Shown here: in pieces, positions 17,360 through 27,892 of the stretch | Position numbering within the stretch: the first letter of the stretch is position 1 | How the letters are laid out: every line of letters begins with the position of its first letter | Source: Acholeplasma laidlawii PG-8A | Lineage (GTDB): Bacteria > Bacillota_I > Bacilli_A > Acholeplasmatales > Acholeplasmataceae | DNA length: 32,000 nucleotides | NCBI RefSeq assembly: GCF_000018785.1 | Contig: NC_010163.1 | Span: 810,001 to 842,000, forward strand | Reading direction: 5' to 3' | Notes under the pieces: generated by a model | Told to the model about the DNA's origin: nothing | Databases searched by the model: none | Seen by the model: only the letters and a program-made list of their open reading frames with translations | Made by a program: the position numbers and the translations under genes

Positions 17360-19084
17360 TTATATATGAATTTGTGAAGAATATGTAATTAAGTGAGCAA
17401 ACAAACTTACATTTTGATTAAACATAATAGGCAGTGTAGATGTCCATGTTTCATATACGCTACTTTGATTTTCTACAGTTTCTACAAATAGATCAAGTAC
17501 AGTCACACCAGTAAATACAGCTGGTTTATCACGTAAGAACCATTTTGAACCAAATATATAGTCATTTAATGCTAATTTATAAGTACTTTGCATTTGGATA
17601 TCATTCATAGATAAACCCGTTCTAAAATATGCATTTTCACCACCGATTGCATCCCATAGTTCTTCACCTGTAACATCGATTAAAACAACTGTATTATCAA
17701 ACGGTGATATGGCATGAAGTTTTGCATAACTTAGGCTTTCACCATTACTAATGCTATCTCTTGTGCCACCGGTATTATGAAGCCCAACATCTGCACCAAA
17801 CTTTGATTGCATGAGTTTCCCAATATAATTTGATAATGAACTTCTTTCTATATTTTCACCAGAAATCATGATTGGGTCATATAGTCCTGAAATTTCATTA
17901 TAGAAGTTATCAATTTTAAATTTAATACTTGACTGTTCCACATTTAGTCTTTCTTCAGTGAACTGAGTTAAGTTTGCTTGAGTGAAGTTATAAACTCCTT
18001 GTTTTGAGTCATAATTCAGTGTAACGTGTCCTACATGTGATCCGTTTGCACCGGATTGCATAACAGGTACGTTATTAATTGTTCTTGTATAGTATCTATG
18101 GGTATGACCATTAAAGATAGCATCTACTTTATAGTCACCTTTGAGATTTGCAATAGAATTATTAAATCCATCATCATCCGCATGATTAATTACAACGACA
18201 ATATCTGCATCATCTTCTGTTCTTGCTTTATGAGCAAAATACATGACTCGTTCTACAGGATCAATAAACTTGTAGTCTTTAATTCTTGCATATGCAATAG
18301 AAGATTCTAAACCAAAGCCCACTGTACCAATCACTGCAACATTAATACCTGATTTTTCTATGATAGTATAAGGTTCGAAACCCTCTACCATCTCATTGGA
18401 TGATTTTTCATAAACGTTTGCACCAAGTAATGGAAAATTAGCTTGTAAATCGTTTTGGCCATTAAAATACTGTGTTAATACATCAACACCCCAATCGAAT
18501 TCATGGTTACCTGCAACAAATGCGTCTAACTCCATATCATTTAACAGTTCTATTGTTGAAGCACCATCATACCAATTGCTGATTAATTGTCCTTGTAAAA
18601 TATCTCCACCCGCTAAAAATAAGGTGGTATCTGGATTGTTATTTTTTTCATCCATAATTAAATTACCGATGCGGCTTAACCCAATTTGTTCTTCATTATT
18701 TAAAACAGCCCCATGAAAATCGTTTATATAAAAAATGTTTAAATCTAAATTTACAGTTGTTGATGTTGAAACCACACGGACATCCACTGTAATTGCTTTA
18801 TGATAATCTTCATAGTCTAGTTCGAATGTAACTTGGTATTCACCTTCAACTTCATAATTAACCAAACTGTCATCATAAGTCACAAAATGAATAAAAGTGA
18901 TGTTATTTATGTCTTTAGCTGTTACATATTCTAAATAAATTGGTCGTTCTTCACCAATAACATATTCAATATCATCAGCCACTTCAAAAATAATTGTATC
19001 CTCACCTGGTGAATCTCCAAGTGTTTGGCAACTAATTAATATAAGTACTAAACTTAATACAATGAAACTCATTATTTTTTTCAT
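17360..19084 (-). CDS. Lipoprotein, bifunctional metallophosphatase/5'-nucleotidase (UshA-like) with an N-terminal Ig-like domain
   Basis: Signal peptide plus lipobox LILISC. Metallophosphatase motifs NDFHG, GGD, GNHEFD, NGHTH. Confidence 0.85.
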   Translation of the reverse strand: MKKIMSFIVLSLVLILISCQTLGDSPGEDTIIFEVADDIEYVIGEERPIYLEYVTAKDINNITFIHFVTYDDSLVNYEVEGEYQVTFELDYEDYHKAITVDVRVVSTSTTVNLDLNIFYINDFHGAVLNNEEQIGLSRIGNLIMDEKNNNPDTTLFLAGGDILQGQLISNWYDGASTIELLNDMELDAFVAGNHEFDWGVDVLTQYFNGQNDLQANFPLLGANVYEKSSNEMVEGFEPYTIIEKSGINVAVIGTVGFGLESSIAYARIKDYKFIDPVERVMYFAHKARTEDDADIVVVINHADDDGFNNSIANLKGDYKVDAIFNGHTHRYYTRTINNVPVMQSGANGSHVGHVTLNYDSKQGVYNFTQANLTQFTEERLNVEQSSIKFKIDNFYNEISGLYDPIMISGENIERSSLSNYIGKLMQSKFGADVGLHNTGGTRDSISNGESLSYAKLHAISPFDNTVVLIDVTGEELWDAIGGENAYFRTGLSMNDIQMQSTYKLALNDYIFGSKWFLRDKPAVFTGVTVLDLFVETVENQSSVYETWTSTLPIMFNQNVSLFAHLITYSSQIHI

Positions 19085-19152
19085 AAATGTCTACTTTCTT
19101 CATAATATCGTAAGCATATTATTATAACACTGATTTTGTGTATTTTAAAGTG

Positions 19153-19189
19153 AAAAAAAGATGCAAATCGTCTTAAGATTTGCATCTTT
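19153..19189 (-). terminator. Intrinsic terminator after the GGDEF gene
   Basis: Minus strand: AAAGATGCAAAT-cttaagacg-ATTTGCATCTTT followed by T-rich sequence. Confidence 0.7.
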
Positions 19190-19203
19190 ATGTTTGTATT
19201 GCA

Positions 19204-20700
19204 TTAATTATTTAGACCCCTTGACTTGACCATACGTTTTATACGATACATTTCAGTATCCGCTTGTCTTAAAAGATCATTAAGTGTTAATCCGTGGAGT
19301 GGATATTCAGATAAACCGATAGAAGCTTTAAGGTTAAACACTTTATTATCCAAGTATATTTGACTTTCTATGGCATCTATTATGTTATCGATTTTATGTT
19401 CTAGTGTATGTGAATTATTTTCTAAACTTAGAATAATGATAAACTCATCTCCAGCATAGCGTGCAACAAAATCTTCTTCGTGTATAGTTTTTAATAATCT
19501 TTTAGCCAGTTGATGTAACACCTCATCACCAACTGTATGACCATGGTTATCATTAATATGTTTAAAATTATCTAAATCTATACACATAAGTGCGAACCGT
19601 TTATTATCTGTAATTTTACTATCAATTAATCTAGACAAGTAACGTCTATTAGGTAATGTCGTTAAATCATCATAATATGCATAATCTGTTAGTTGTTCAT
19701 TCATTTGATGTAGATTAGATATATCCGTAAATGTAATAATAGAATGTTTTTGATCGACATAATTAATAACTGATATAGAAGTAAGTGTTCGTATGATACT
19801 TCCATCTGATTTAAGTATACTGTATTCCACATTATGATACGGGTTATTTGACTGCATCATGTGTTTGAACTCAGATAAATGACAAATTTCTTTAAACATT
19901 TTAAGATCACAAACCTGACTGCCAAGTAGTTCTTCTACCTTATAACCTAAAAAATCAGTAAACCGTGTATTGACATCTACTACTTTTTTATCTTCATCAA
20001 GCATCAACATTGAAACTGGTGAATGATGAAAACCACTGTTAATTTTCTTTATTTCAACACGTGCTCGAGTATAAATTAGATTAGATACAATAAACGTTAA
20101 GAGTATCTGTAGTAAGAAGGTAAAGATTACTGTGATTGCTTGATTATCTTTAAGTTCTAGATATGTAATTAGATCTTGAAGTGTCATCCACGAGTGTAGT
20201 ACTCTAAATAAGTAAAGTCCACTAAATAGTGTCATTGTTAATGTAAGTAAATGTGTTTTATCCTCAATAGCATCTCTTCTTAAATATACAGTAATAACCG
20301 CTCTAGCATACATATAGATTAAGACTGTATACAAGGTTACTATCTGAAAATTCAACTTTTCATCTATGTATAAAAAATAATTATAGATGATAAAAGATAC
20401 AGGTAAGATGACGTATAGATCGATTGGTTTTACATCTGATTTAGAAAATTTACTTATTGACCTACTAAAGACAAAAACACCACTTAATATCACAATACCA
20501 ATCATTGGGGTCAAATAAAATCTTAAAGTTTCATTTAGAAACCATATTAATGCAAAACGTACTGAAATAAGGACTTGACCATAGATAAAATGCCTCATCC
20601 CTCTATAAGGAATTCTTAATTTTGTATAAGAAAAATATAGACTTGCAGTAATTAAAAGCGACATTAAAAACGCAATCCAAATAATTAAATTAAAAACCAT
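19204..20700 (-). CDS. Membrane-anchored PAS-GGDEF protein (putative diguanylate cyclase; motif variant AGDEF)
   Basis: About 7 N-terminal TM helices, a PAS segment (SPVSMLMLDEDKKVVDVNTRFTDFLGY), and GGDEF-domain blocks DDLTTLPNRR, IDLDNFKHINDNHGHTVGD, ARYAGDEF. The ATG at 20700 has SD AGGGGAG 5 nt upstream. The tracked ATG at 20724 has none. Confidence 0.85.
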   Translation of the reverse strand: MVFNLIIWIAFLMSLLITASLYFSYTKLRIPYRGMRHFIYGQVLISVRFALIWFLNETLRFYLTPMIGIVILSGVFVFSRSISKFSKSDVKPIDLYVILPVSFIIYNYFLYIDEKLNFQIVTLYTVLIYMYARAVITVYLRRDAIEDKTHLLTLTMTLFSGLYLFRVLHSWMTLQDLITYLELKDNQAITVIFTFLLQILLTFIVSNLIYTRARVEIKKINSGFHHSPVSMLMLDEDKKVVDVNTRFTDFLGYKVEELLGSQVCDLKMFKEICHLSEFKHMMQSNNPYHNVEYSILKSDGSIIRTLTSISVINYVDQKHSIITFTDISNLHQMNEQLTDYAYYDDLTTLPNRRYLSRLIDSKITDNKRFALMCIDLDNFKHINDNHGHTVGDEVLHQLAKRLLKTIHEEDFVARYAGDEFIIILSLENNSHTLEHKIDNIIDAIESQIYLDNKVFNLKASIGLSEYPLHGLTLNDLLRQADTEMYRIKRMVKSRGLNN

Positions 20701-20782
20701 ACTATCTCCCCTAGATGATTTCATGTAACTATATTATATCAACATTATGAAAAAAGTGCGTAAAATGATATAAAAAGTGTAC

Positions 20783-20812
20783 AAAAAAAGCAGTTTTTAT
20801 TCAAAACTGCTT
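20783..20812 (-). terminator. Intrinsic terminator after guaC
   Basis: Minus strand: AAGCAGTTTT-gaata-AAAACTGCTT followed by T7. Confidence 0.75.
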
Positions 20813-20828
20813 CATTAAGGTCTTTTAG

Positions 20829-21806
20829 TTAAATCCAATCTCCATTAAAAATAGAGTTTTTAACAATTACATAGTCCACTTTTGTAATTGCCTCAATATC
20901 TTTACCACCTGCATAGGATATAGATGATTGTAAATCTTCTGTCATTTCTTTTAAGGTATCTTCAATTTTACCTTTGTAAGAAATTAAGATGCGCTTACCT
21001 TCAACATTGGTCTTTTCACCCTTTTGATACTCTGATGCGGAACCAAAATATTCTTTAAGTACTTGACCATCTGCTTCAATTGTTTGTCCAGGTGATTCTT
21101 CATGTCCTGCAAATAAAAAGCCAATCATAATCATGGATGCACCAAATCTAATAGATTTTGCAATGTCACCATGGGTACGAATGCCACCATCTGCGATCAT
21201 TGGTTTTCTAGCAACTTTACTGCAACGAGAAAGTGCTGCGAGTTGCCATCCACCTGTACCAAAACCGGTTTTGATTTTAGTGATACAAACCTTACCTGGA
21301 CCAACCCCTACTTTTGTAGCATCTGCGCCTGCATTTTCAAGCTCTCTTACAGCTTCAGGAGTTGCAACATTACCCGCAATTAAAAATGATGTAGGTAAAT
21401 GTTTTTTAATATGAGTAATCATGTCAATGACTAGTTGACTATGACCATGAGCTATATCTATTGTAATATAGTCAGGAACTAAATTAAGTCTTGAAAGTTC
21501 TTCAACAAAATCATATTCTTGTGGTTTCACACCAACAGAAATTGATGTATATAAGTTAAGTTCTTTCATCTTTATCATAAAAGGTATACGTGATGCTTCA
21601 TCAAATCGATGCATGATATAAAAATAATCATGACTTGCTAACCAGATTGCTAACTTTTCATCAATAATGGTTGCCATGTTTGCTGGAACCACCGGAAGAT
21701 TAAATCTTCTAGGTCCAAATTGAACAGATGTATCACATTCACTTCTAGATTTTACAATACTTTTAGAAGGAATAAGTTGAATATCTTCGTAGTCAAAAAC
21801 TTTCAT
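20829..21806 (-). CDS. guaC: GMP reductase
   Basis: IMPDH/GMPR TIM-barrel: [26 protein letters not shown] (catalytic Cys), ADGGIR. At 325 aa with no CBS insert it fits GuaC rather than GuaB. Confidence 0.88.
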   Translation of the reverse strand: MKVFDYEDIQLIPSKSIVKSRSECDTSVQFGPRRFNLPVVPANMATIIDEKLAIWLASHDYFYIMHRFDEASRIPFMIKMKELNLYTSISVGVKPQEYDFVEELSRLNLVPDYITIDIAHGHSQLVIDMITHIKKHLPTSFLIAGNVATPEAVRELENAGADATKVGVGPGKVCITKIKTGFGTGGWQLAALSRCSKVARKPMIADGGIRTHGDIAKSIRFGASMIMIGFLFAGHEESPGQTIEADGQVLKEYFGSASEYQKGEKTNVEGKRILISYKGKIEDTLKEMTEDLQSSISYAGGKDIEAITKVDYVIVKNSIFNGDWI

Positions 21807-21873
21807 AAATACGCTCCTTAAATTTTATTGCCAACTCATATTATCATATTTTTAGGACAAACGCCTAATTTAG

Positions 21874-22581
21874 TTATTTAAATTCAATTATTGAATAAAG
21901 TGTTTCTGACTCATCAAAGAACTGTACTAAGAACCCTTCTTCAGTTTGATATAGTTTTAAAACCATTTTTTGAAATAATTGAAAATCTTTTTTATACTCA
22001 CAAACTAAAGTGCTAAATTGAAAATCTAGAGGAAGCATGTTATATGCAAAATCAACGTATACTGCATTATTTAGATGTTGATAGTAATCTAGATGAGATG
22101 GTAATACTACTTGATCAAAGGACTTAATAAAGACTAATTTTCTATTTAAACTAATCTTTCTGCCCATATAAGTCATCTCATGTTTTTTTCTATTACCAAG
22201 TGTTCTTAATACTTCATTACTTAATCTATGTGGTGCTTTACTGTCCATGTGTATAAATGAACCTAAACAATACGATTCTACTAATAAGTTACCCATAAGA
22301 TCATGTATTAAAGTATTACGATATCCTAAAAATTGTTTTGTTTCATAAGGATATGTTGTAAGTTCTAACATATCTTTATATTTTGGCCAATATTTAATAT
22401 GTACATAACGAAAATTTAAGACAATTGCAAATTTCTGTTCTCTACTTTCTTTTGCAAGTGCACTTAATGATTCAATATGTGCACCTTCCACATCTTGAAT
22501 CATATCAATAAGATCTGTGATTCTAACCCTATTGTTGTAACCAATTTCAGATGCTTGTATGATTCTTGTTTCTTTATACAT
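21874..22581 (-). CDS. Acyl-ACP thioesterase family protein
   Basis: 235 aa with a double hot-dog layout. The N-terminal pattern (Y..R..I..SE.G....V.I..L...Q) is typical of bacterial FatA/B-like thioesterases. Called by eye only. Confidence 0.6.
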   Translation of the reverse strand: MYKETRIIQASEIGYNNRVRITDLIDMIQDVEGAHIESLSALAKESREQKFAIVLNFRYVHIKYWPKYKDMLELTTYPYETKQFLGYRNTLIHDLMGNLLVESYCLGSFIHMDSKAPHRLSNEVLRTLGNRKKHEMTYMGRKISLNRKLVFIKSFDQVVLPSHLDYYQHLNNAVYVDFAYNMLPLDFQFSTLVCEYKKDFQLFQKMVLKLYQTEEGFLVQFFDESETLYSIIEFK

Positions 22582-22686
22582 ATTTATTCATCCTCTCTAT
22601 TAATTTTGATGCTTTAAACTACAATCATTATACTATTTATATGATACAATAATTATAGTATAAATTTAGAATTAAATGGTGGAATT

Positions 22687-23061
22687 ATGAAACTTTTACT
22701 TAAACTTATTTTGAATCGCTTTATGCTTTCAATATTAATCATCTTCTTTTTTGCTTTAGACTATAAATTTGTAAGATTAAATCCTGTGGAACTTTATACA
22801 GTTAAACGACCACCTGAGACTACTCTAGCTGATAGTTACTATGTTATAGAATTTGGTGAGACTGATATATTTATTGAAATCACCTACTTAGATGGTAAAA
22901 TTCACTTAGTACCTAAAAGTGAATTATCTAATCCTTTAACTGAAGAAAATAAACCATTAATTGCTTGGTATTACTACGCTTTAGGTCTTGCTCTTGCAAA
23001 TACTATTCCATTTGGATGGTTTACTAAATCAAAAAAAGTATCTAAAAAACATAAAAAATAG
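22687..23061 (+). CDS. Hypothetical membrane protein (N- and C-terminal TM segments, Lys-rich tail)
   Basis: 124-aa ORF with SD GGTGGA. I recognise no family. Confidence 0.5.
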   Translation: MKLLLKLILNRFMLSILIIFFFALDYKFVRLNPVELYTVKRPPETTLADSYYVIEFGETDIFIEITYLDGKIHLVPKSELSNPLTEENKPLIAWYYYALGLALANTIPFGWFTKSKKVSKKHKK

Positions 23062-23165
23062 TTTATAAAGAGTGTTATTATGCATTTATGACACTTTTTT
23101 ATTTGGTTTTTATTAAAATAATAATAGACAAATGTATAAAAATACATTAAAGGAGGATTTATAGT

Positions 23166-23870
23166 ATGAAGGCATTATTAACGGCCTTAAAGAGTTTTGC
23201 AGTTTCAATTGGTGGTTTAATCGTAGTCATTTTTGCAGTCTTCTGGCATGCAGACATTCTAAATATTATAGAAAATATCGGAACATTTAACTTAGTAACA
23301 TTCGGTGTTTATCTTGGTATTATGATTTTAATGTTTGCTGTCATTTGGGCACAATCAAAATCTAATGCACTCTTATCACATGGTATTTTATTCTTTCTAT
23401 TTGCATCATCACTTAGTGGTTTTTTAGGCGATTTATTCAGTAATAATCCATCAAATGCATTTAGTGGAGATCAAATTGTAAGTGTACTTATTATGTTATA
23501 TACACTGGGTGTAGTTGTTGCCTATTTACTTTATGACAGACCAAAACCTGCTAAAGTTAATGAGCTTATCACACTACCGATGATTATCTTCTTTGCAGCA
23601 TATTATGTTGTATTTGGATTTAGTTCAACTCTGTTGGTATTCCTAATTGTACTTGTAGCATTTTTATTAGGTTCTGGTACAGTGGGTATTGCATACGCAA
23701 TGTATGCAATCACTTCATCCATTTTCTTAAGATTAAACAGCATATTTACATCATTTTCAAATAATTTAGATCAATCTGTTAATGTTTGGTTTACTACTAT
23801 GTTATTAATTGCAGCATTTGTATTCCTTATCATGAGTTTAGTTAAGAAGATACAAGCAAACGAAGCTTAA
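23166..23870 (+). CDS. Hypothetical polytopic membrane protein (6-7 TM segments)
   Basis: 234-aa ORF with strong SD AAAGGAGGA. I recognise no family. Confidence 0.55.
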   Translation: MKALLTALKSFAVSIGGLIVVIFAVFWHADILNIIENIGTFNLVTFGVYLGIMILMFAVIWAQSKSNALLSHGILFFLFASSLSGFLGDLFSNNPSNAFSGDQIVSVLIMLYTLGVVVAYLLYDRPKPAKVNELITLPMIIFFAAYYVVFGFSSTLLVFLIVLVAFLLGSGTVGIAYAMYAITSSIFLRLNSIFTSFSNNLDQSVNVWFTTMLLIAAFVFLIMSLVKKIQANEA

Positions 23871-23889
23871 TTAAAGTCAATTCTTAAAG

Positions 23890-23923
23890 AAAACCATCAC
23901 TTTTAAAGGTGATGGTTTTTCAT
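23890..23923. terminator. Bidirectional intrinsic terminator between convergent genes
   Basis: AAAACCATCAC-ttttaaag-GTGATGGTTTT, flanked by A- and T-runs. Confidence 0.75.
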
Positions 23924-24895
23924 TTACACTATGTTGTATGTGACTTGTTTTAAATCTTTAAGACTAGAAACGCCAAGAATCAACATGATTTTTTTAAGAT
24001 CTTCAATGAATTCCTCGACCTTTTTAACTGCGGCAGCAAATTCTAAATCCGTTAAGTCTAAGAACCATTTAGATAGTCCACAAGCTTTAGCACCCAAGAT
24101 GAGCGATTTAATAACATCTAGTGGATGACGTATACCACCTGATGCATATATTTCTAAATCTTTTTCATTTTTAAGATTGATTAAGGCTTGAGCAGTATCA
24201 ATTGAAAAATCATTTAAGTAACTATAGTCCTTAGCACTTCTAGTGGATTCGATATCAATAAATGATGTACCACCACTACCTGAAACATCAATATATTTTA
24301 CACCTAGTGTTTTTATCTTTTGGATTGTCTTTAGCGATAAACCTAGTCCAACTTGTTTAACAATAACCGGTTTATTCAAATGCTTAACGACAGATTCAAT
24401 GTGGTTAGACCACAATCTAAAATCTCTGTCACCTTCATTCATAACCAGTTCTTGAATCACATTTAAGTGAATTGATAAAGCATTAGCTTGGATTGTAGAA
24501 ACTGCTACTTGTGCTTGTTCTAGTGTCATATTAGGGTTTATATTACCGACTATAATGCCTTTATGATTATTTCTTATCACTTTAAATGAATCAATTGAAG
24601 ATGGATCTTTAAACATAATCGATTGACTTCCAGTCACCATCGGTAAATTAAAATGATCTGCAATCTTTGATAAAAATTCATTAATCTTATGTGCTTTTTC
24701 ACTACCGCCAGTCATTGCATTAATATAGAACGGATACGGAACCTTCATACCTAAAAATTCTGTAGATAAATCAATATCGTCCATAGATAAATCAGGTAAA
24801 TCTGTACCCTCTAAAAGTATCTTATCAAACATATTTGATTTTTTCTTGAATGACTTTGCAATATTAATATGATCGTCTTTTCTATTTTTACTCAT
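23924..24895 (-). CDS. fni: Isopentenyl-diphosphate delta-isomerase, type 2 (FMN-dependent)
   Basis: N-terminal RKDDHINIA, TIM-barrel FMN-binding blocks, and a glycine-rich ASGGIR near the C-terminus. Confidence 0.88.
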   Translation of the reverse strand: MSKNRKDDHINIAKSFKKKSNMFDKILLEGTDLPDLSMDDIDLSTEFLGMKVPYPFYINAMTGGSEKAHKINEFLSKIADHFNLPMVTGSQSIMFKDPSSIDSFKVIRNNHKGIIVGNINPNMTLEQAQVAVSTIQANALSIHLNVIQELVMNEGDRDFRLWSNHIESVVKHLNKPVIVKQVGLGLSLKTIQKIKTLGVKYIDVSGSGGTSFIDIESTRSAKDYSYLNDFSIDTAQALINLKNEKDLEIYASGGIRHPLDVIKSLILGAKACGLSKWFLDLTDLEFAAAVKKVEEFIEDLKKIMLILGVSSLKDLKQVTYNIV

Positions 24896-25928
24896 CGTAA
24901 TCCCATACCTTTATGTCAAGTGCAATTAATCCATTTTTAATCCATGCATCTTGAAGCGTTCTTTTATCTGTTTCATTTTTTGTAAGTGCTATACCACAGT
25001 CTCCATACCCTGCACCACTAGTTTTAGCTGAATAGCCATAATCACTAGCAATTTGAATCATCTTTTTAAATGGTTCTGATTCAATAATAATACCTGCATT
25101 TTCTTCTAATTCATTCAGTTTTTGACGGTATAAATCAATCATGTACTTTATTGTATAATAATCTGACCTTATAAACGCTTCTTTAAATTGATTGACAATG
25201 ATTTTAGTTTTTGTTAAAAAGTTTGCATACCAATTACTCCCACTAAAATTTGTCATTTTATCAGTGTATGCTTTGGTAGATTGTGATACACCTGAAAAGC
25301 AGACAGCCAACTTGATAGATCCTTTTCGTAGTTTTTCTATTTTAAGCAGTGGCCAAGTCATCTCCATGACTTCTGAAATATGACCTTTTCTATTTAATAT
25401 CCAAATAAGATCATATCTTTGGTAAAATACCCAACCACCATAAATGGATGCAGCTAATTCTCCACCAGATGTAATATCAGAAATTTCTATTTGAGCTAGT
25501 ACACTTAATTTAAATAAGTCCAATTTTGAGATTTCAATACCATGGAAATTTAAAATACCCTTAATAACAGCGACTATAACGGCACCTGATGAACCTAAAC
25601 CATATTTAATGTTATCCTTGCTTGTAAGTTCGGAAAACAGTTGAATACTATAACTTTTAGGTGTGATATGTTTATATTTCATATATTTATGAGCAATGTA
25701 AACAGCGGCTTTTGCATGTGTTAATGTATCATAAACAAAGACAGGCAATTGATCTGATAACATCCATCTAAAATGCCCCATTTCAGATGAAAATTGGTAA
25801 TCAGAATCTTCTTTAACCCGAACGTGTATAAACTTATCAACAGCTACTATCACTGCTTCATTACCAGGTTTAATAACTGAATATTCCCCAATAATGAATA
25901 GTTTTCCAGGTATTTTTAGTGATATCAT
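24888..25928 (-). CDS. mvaK2: Phosphomevalonate kinase (GHMP family, Gram-positive type)
   Basis: PGKLFIIGEYSV and GHMP motif GLGSSGA. Sits between mvaD and fni. Confidence 0.85.
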   Translation of the reverse strand: MISLKIPGKLFIIGEYSVIKPGNEAVIVAVDKFIHVRVKEDSDYQFSSEMGHFRWMLSDQLPVFVYDTLTHAKAAVYIAHKYMKYKHITPKSYSIQLFSELTSKDNIKYGLGSSGAVIVAVIKGILNFHGIEISKLDLFKLSVLAQIEISDITSGGELAASIYGGWVFYQRYDLIWILNRKGHISEVMEMTWPLLKIEKLRKGSIKLAVCFSGVSQSTKAYTDKMTNFSGSNWYANFLTKTKIIVNQFKEAFIRSDYYTIKYMIDLYRQKLNELEENAGIIIESEPFKKMIQIASDYGYSAKTSGAGYGDCGIALTKNETDKRTLQDAWIKNGLIALDIKVWDYDE

Positions 25929-26872
25929 AAGGAACTTACCCCCATTCCTGTATAACTTACTATAACCTTAGATAATTTTTCATATCTAGCTTTTATGGTT
26001 TCTACATACTCTTTTTTTGTTAAAATTTTTACATTTGCACCTGCATCCATTGTGTAGTATACAGGTATACCTTCATTACGTATTTTTTCAGTTAAATCCA
26101 TGACTTTAAATGATTGATCTGTTAGATAAGAAACACCAGTTTCTTGGATAATATAATGCATTAAACTTGCGTGAGATTCTGCAATAGACCCCATCTTGTC
26201 AAAATCATTTTCTATTATGGCTTCTTTCATATCATTTAATGCATCTTGTGTGCTTAATATCCATAACTCTTTTAAGTCTGGATATTCGTTTAATCTGTTC
26301 ATTGCATCGGTACTATTAACTTTTTTAGGAGTTTCATCAATTAAGCATACAATTACTGCTAAATCATCCATGTGAGTTAAATGTTCTGCATAAGAAGACA
26401 TATGATCATGGCCTTCATGCCATAAAACTAGACCACCATAGATAGAACGTGATGCAGAGCCACTGCCTAATCTTGCGAGTGATGAAAGTTCTTTAGAATC
26501 TAAATTTAGTCCATATGCTTTAGTTGCAGCATATGCAAGTGCTGCAAATGCTGATGAAGAGGATGCTAATCCTGCTTTTTTAGGTACAAAGTTATAAGAG
26601 GTTATCTTTGCATAAAAAGGAATACTATATAACTTTCTTAATTTATCCATATATTTAGTGACTCTTAAATACTCTCCACCAGTTATGATTTCATCATCTA
26701 TGAGTAAAATATCCGCTGTAAGTGTTGGATCATATGTAACTGTGGTTTTTGTATAAAAGGCATCTAAAGTTAGACTTATAGAGGATGTTAGTGGTAAATT
26801 CCATTCTATGTCCTTTTTTCCCCAGTATTTAATAAGTGCTATATTTACGTTTGCTATTGCTGTGTGTGTCAT
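25925..26872 (-). CDS. mvaD: Diphosphomevalonate decarboxylase
   Basis: NIALIKYWGKKD, AGLASSSSAFAAL, GSGSASRS. Confidence 0.9.
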   Translation of the reverse strand: MTHTAIANVNIALIKYWGKKDIEWNLPLTSSISLTLDAFYTKTTVTYDPTLTADILLIDDEIITGGEYLRVTKYMDKLRKLYSIPFYAKITSYNFVPKKAGLASSSSAFAALAYAATKAYGLNLDSKELSSLARLGSGSASRSIYGGLVLWHEGHDHMSSYAEHLTHMDDLAVIVCLIDETPKKVNSTDAMNRLNEYPDLKELWILSTQDALNDMKEAIIENDFDKMGSIAESHASLMHYIIQETGVSYLTDQSFKVMDLTEKIRNEGIPVYYTMDAGANVKILTKKEYVETIKARYEKLSKVIVSYTGMGVSSL

Positions 26873-27825
26873 AATACGATTTCCTTTAAGTCATAAAGCC
26901 AAGTGTTTACTGCCCCTGCATTCTTTAGTGCATCTGCAATACGTATACCTTGATCTTCATTTTGTGCGAGTGCAATCATGCAACCACCCTTACCACCACC
27001 GGTAAGTTTAGCACCTAAAGCACCGTTTAATAGTGATACTTCTACTAATTTTTCAAGTAAGTCATCTGATACTTTAATACTTCTAAGCAACTGATGAGCC
27101 TCAGTCATAGCAAGACCAAGTCGAATAATTTCATTAGTCTCTAAATATGTTCTAACTTCATTTGTAAGTTCTTCTAATCTATCCATAATTGGAGATACAA
27201 TCGTTGGGTTATCCGTCCATAGTTGTTTTACTTCTTGTACTGCTTCTTTAGTTAAACCTTTTTTACCGGTATCAGCAACTACTATAACTGCATCCATTTT
27301 TAGTGGAATTAACGTCTTACCTAAATCCTTTTGATAAAATACAGCTTGTCCAAATGCAATCGTAATCGCGTCTAATCCAGATGGATTAACGTGATGTATT
27401 TGTTCGGCTACATCGACAAAATAATTTAGACGTTCTTGGCTTAATTCTACTTTGAAAGCATCAAAAAGCGATCTAACAATCGCTATCGAAACAGATGCGG
27501 ATGAACCTAAACCACGTTGTGGTGGTAATGAGGATTCAATTTGAATATGTATACCATGAAATGGTTGTTTTAAATATACTAAGACAATATATATAAGTTG
27601 TTTTATACCGTAAAGTGTGTCCGGAGCATCATCTAAATAACCTTTATGATAAAAAGAATCGATTGTAATTTTATCATTTGTTTTAAAGACTTTTGAGCTA
27701 ATTTGTGCTTGTTTAAAGGGTAGTGCAATTGCGGGTTTTCCATAAACTACTGAGTGTTCACCCATTAATATGATCTTTCCGCTTGCGACACCATGTCCAA
27801 AATCTATCATAAATTTATCGCTCAC
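26869..27825 (-). CDS. mvaK1: Mevalonate kinase
   Basis: GKIILMGEHSVVYG, GLGSSASV, KLTGGGKGGC. GTG start at 27825 with SD GGAGA 6 nt upstream. Confidence 0.88.
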   Translation of the reverse strand: MSDKFMIDFGHGVASGKIILMGEHSVVYGKPAIALPFKQAQISSKVFKTNDKITIDSFYHKGYLDDAPDTLYGIKQLIYIVLVYLKQPFHGIHIQIESSLPPQRGLGSSASVSIAIVRSLFDAFKVELSQERLNYFVDVAEQIHHVNPSGLDAITIAFGQAVFYQKDLGKTLIPLKMDAVIVVADTGKKGLTKEAVQEVKQLWTDNPTIVSPIMDRLEELTNEVRTYLETNEIIRLGLAMTEAHQLLRSIKVSDDLLEKLVEVSLLNGALGAKLTGGGKGGCMIALAQNEDQGIRIADALKNAGAVNTWLYDLKEIVL

Positions 27826-27892
27826 TTTCTATCTCCATTATATCATGATATGATAAAATGAAATTAATAATATTTGAAAGGACTCAAAAAAT

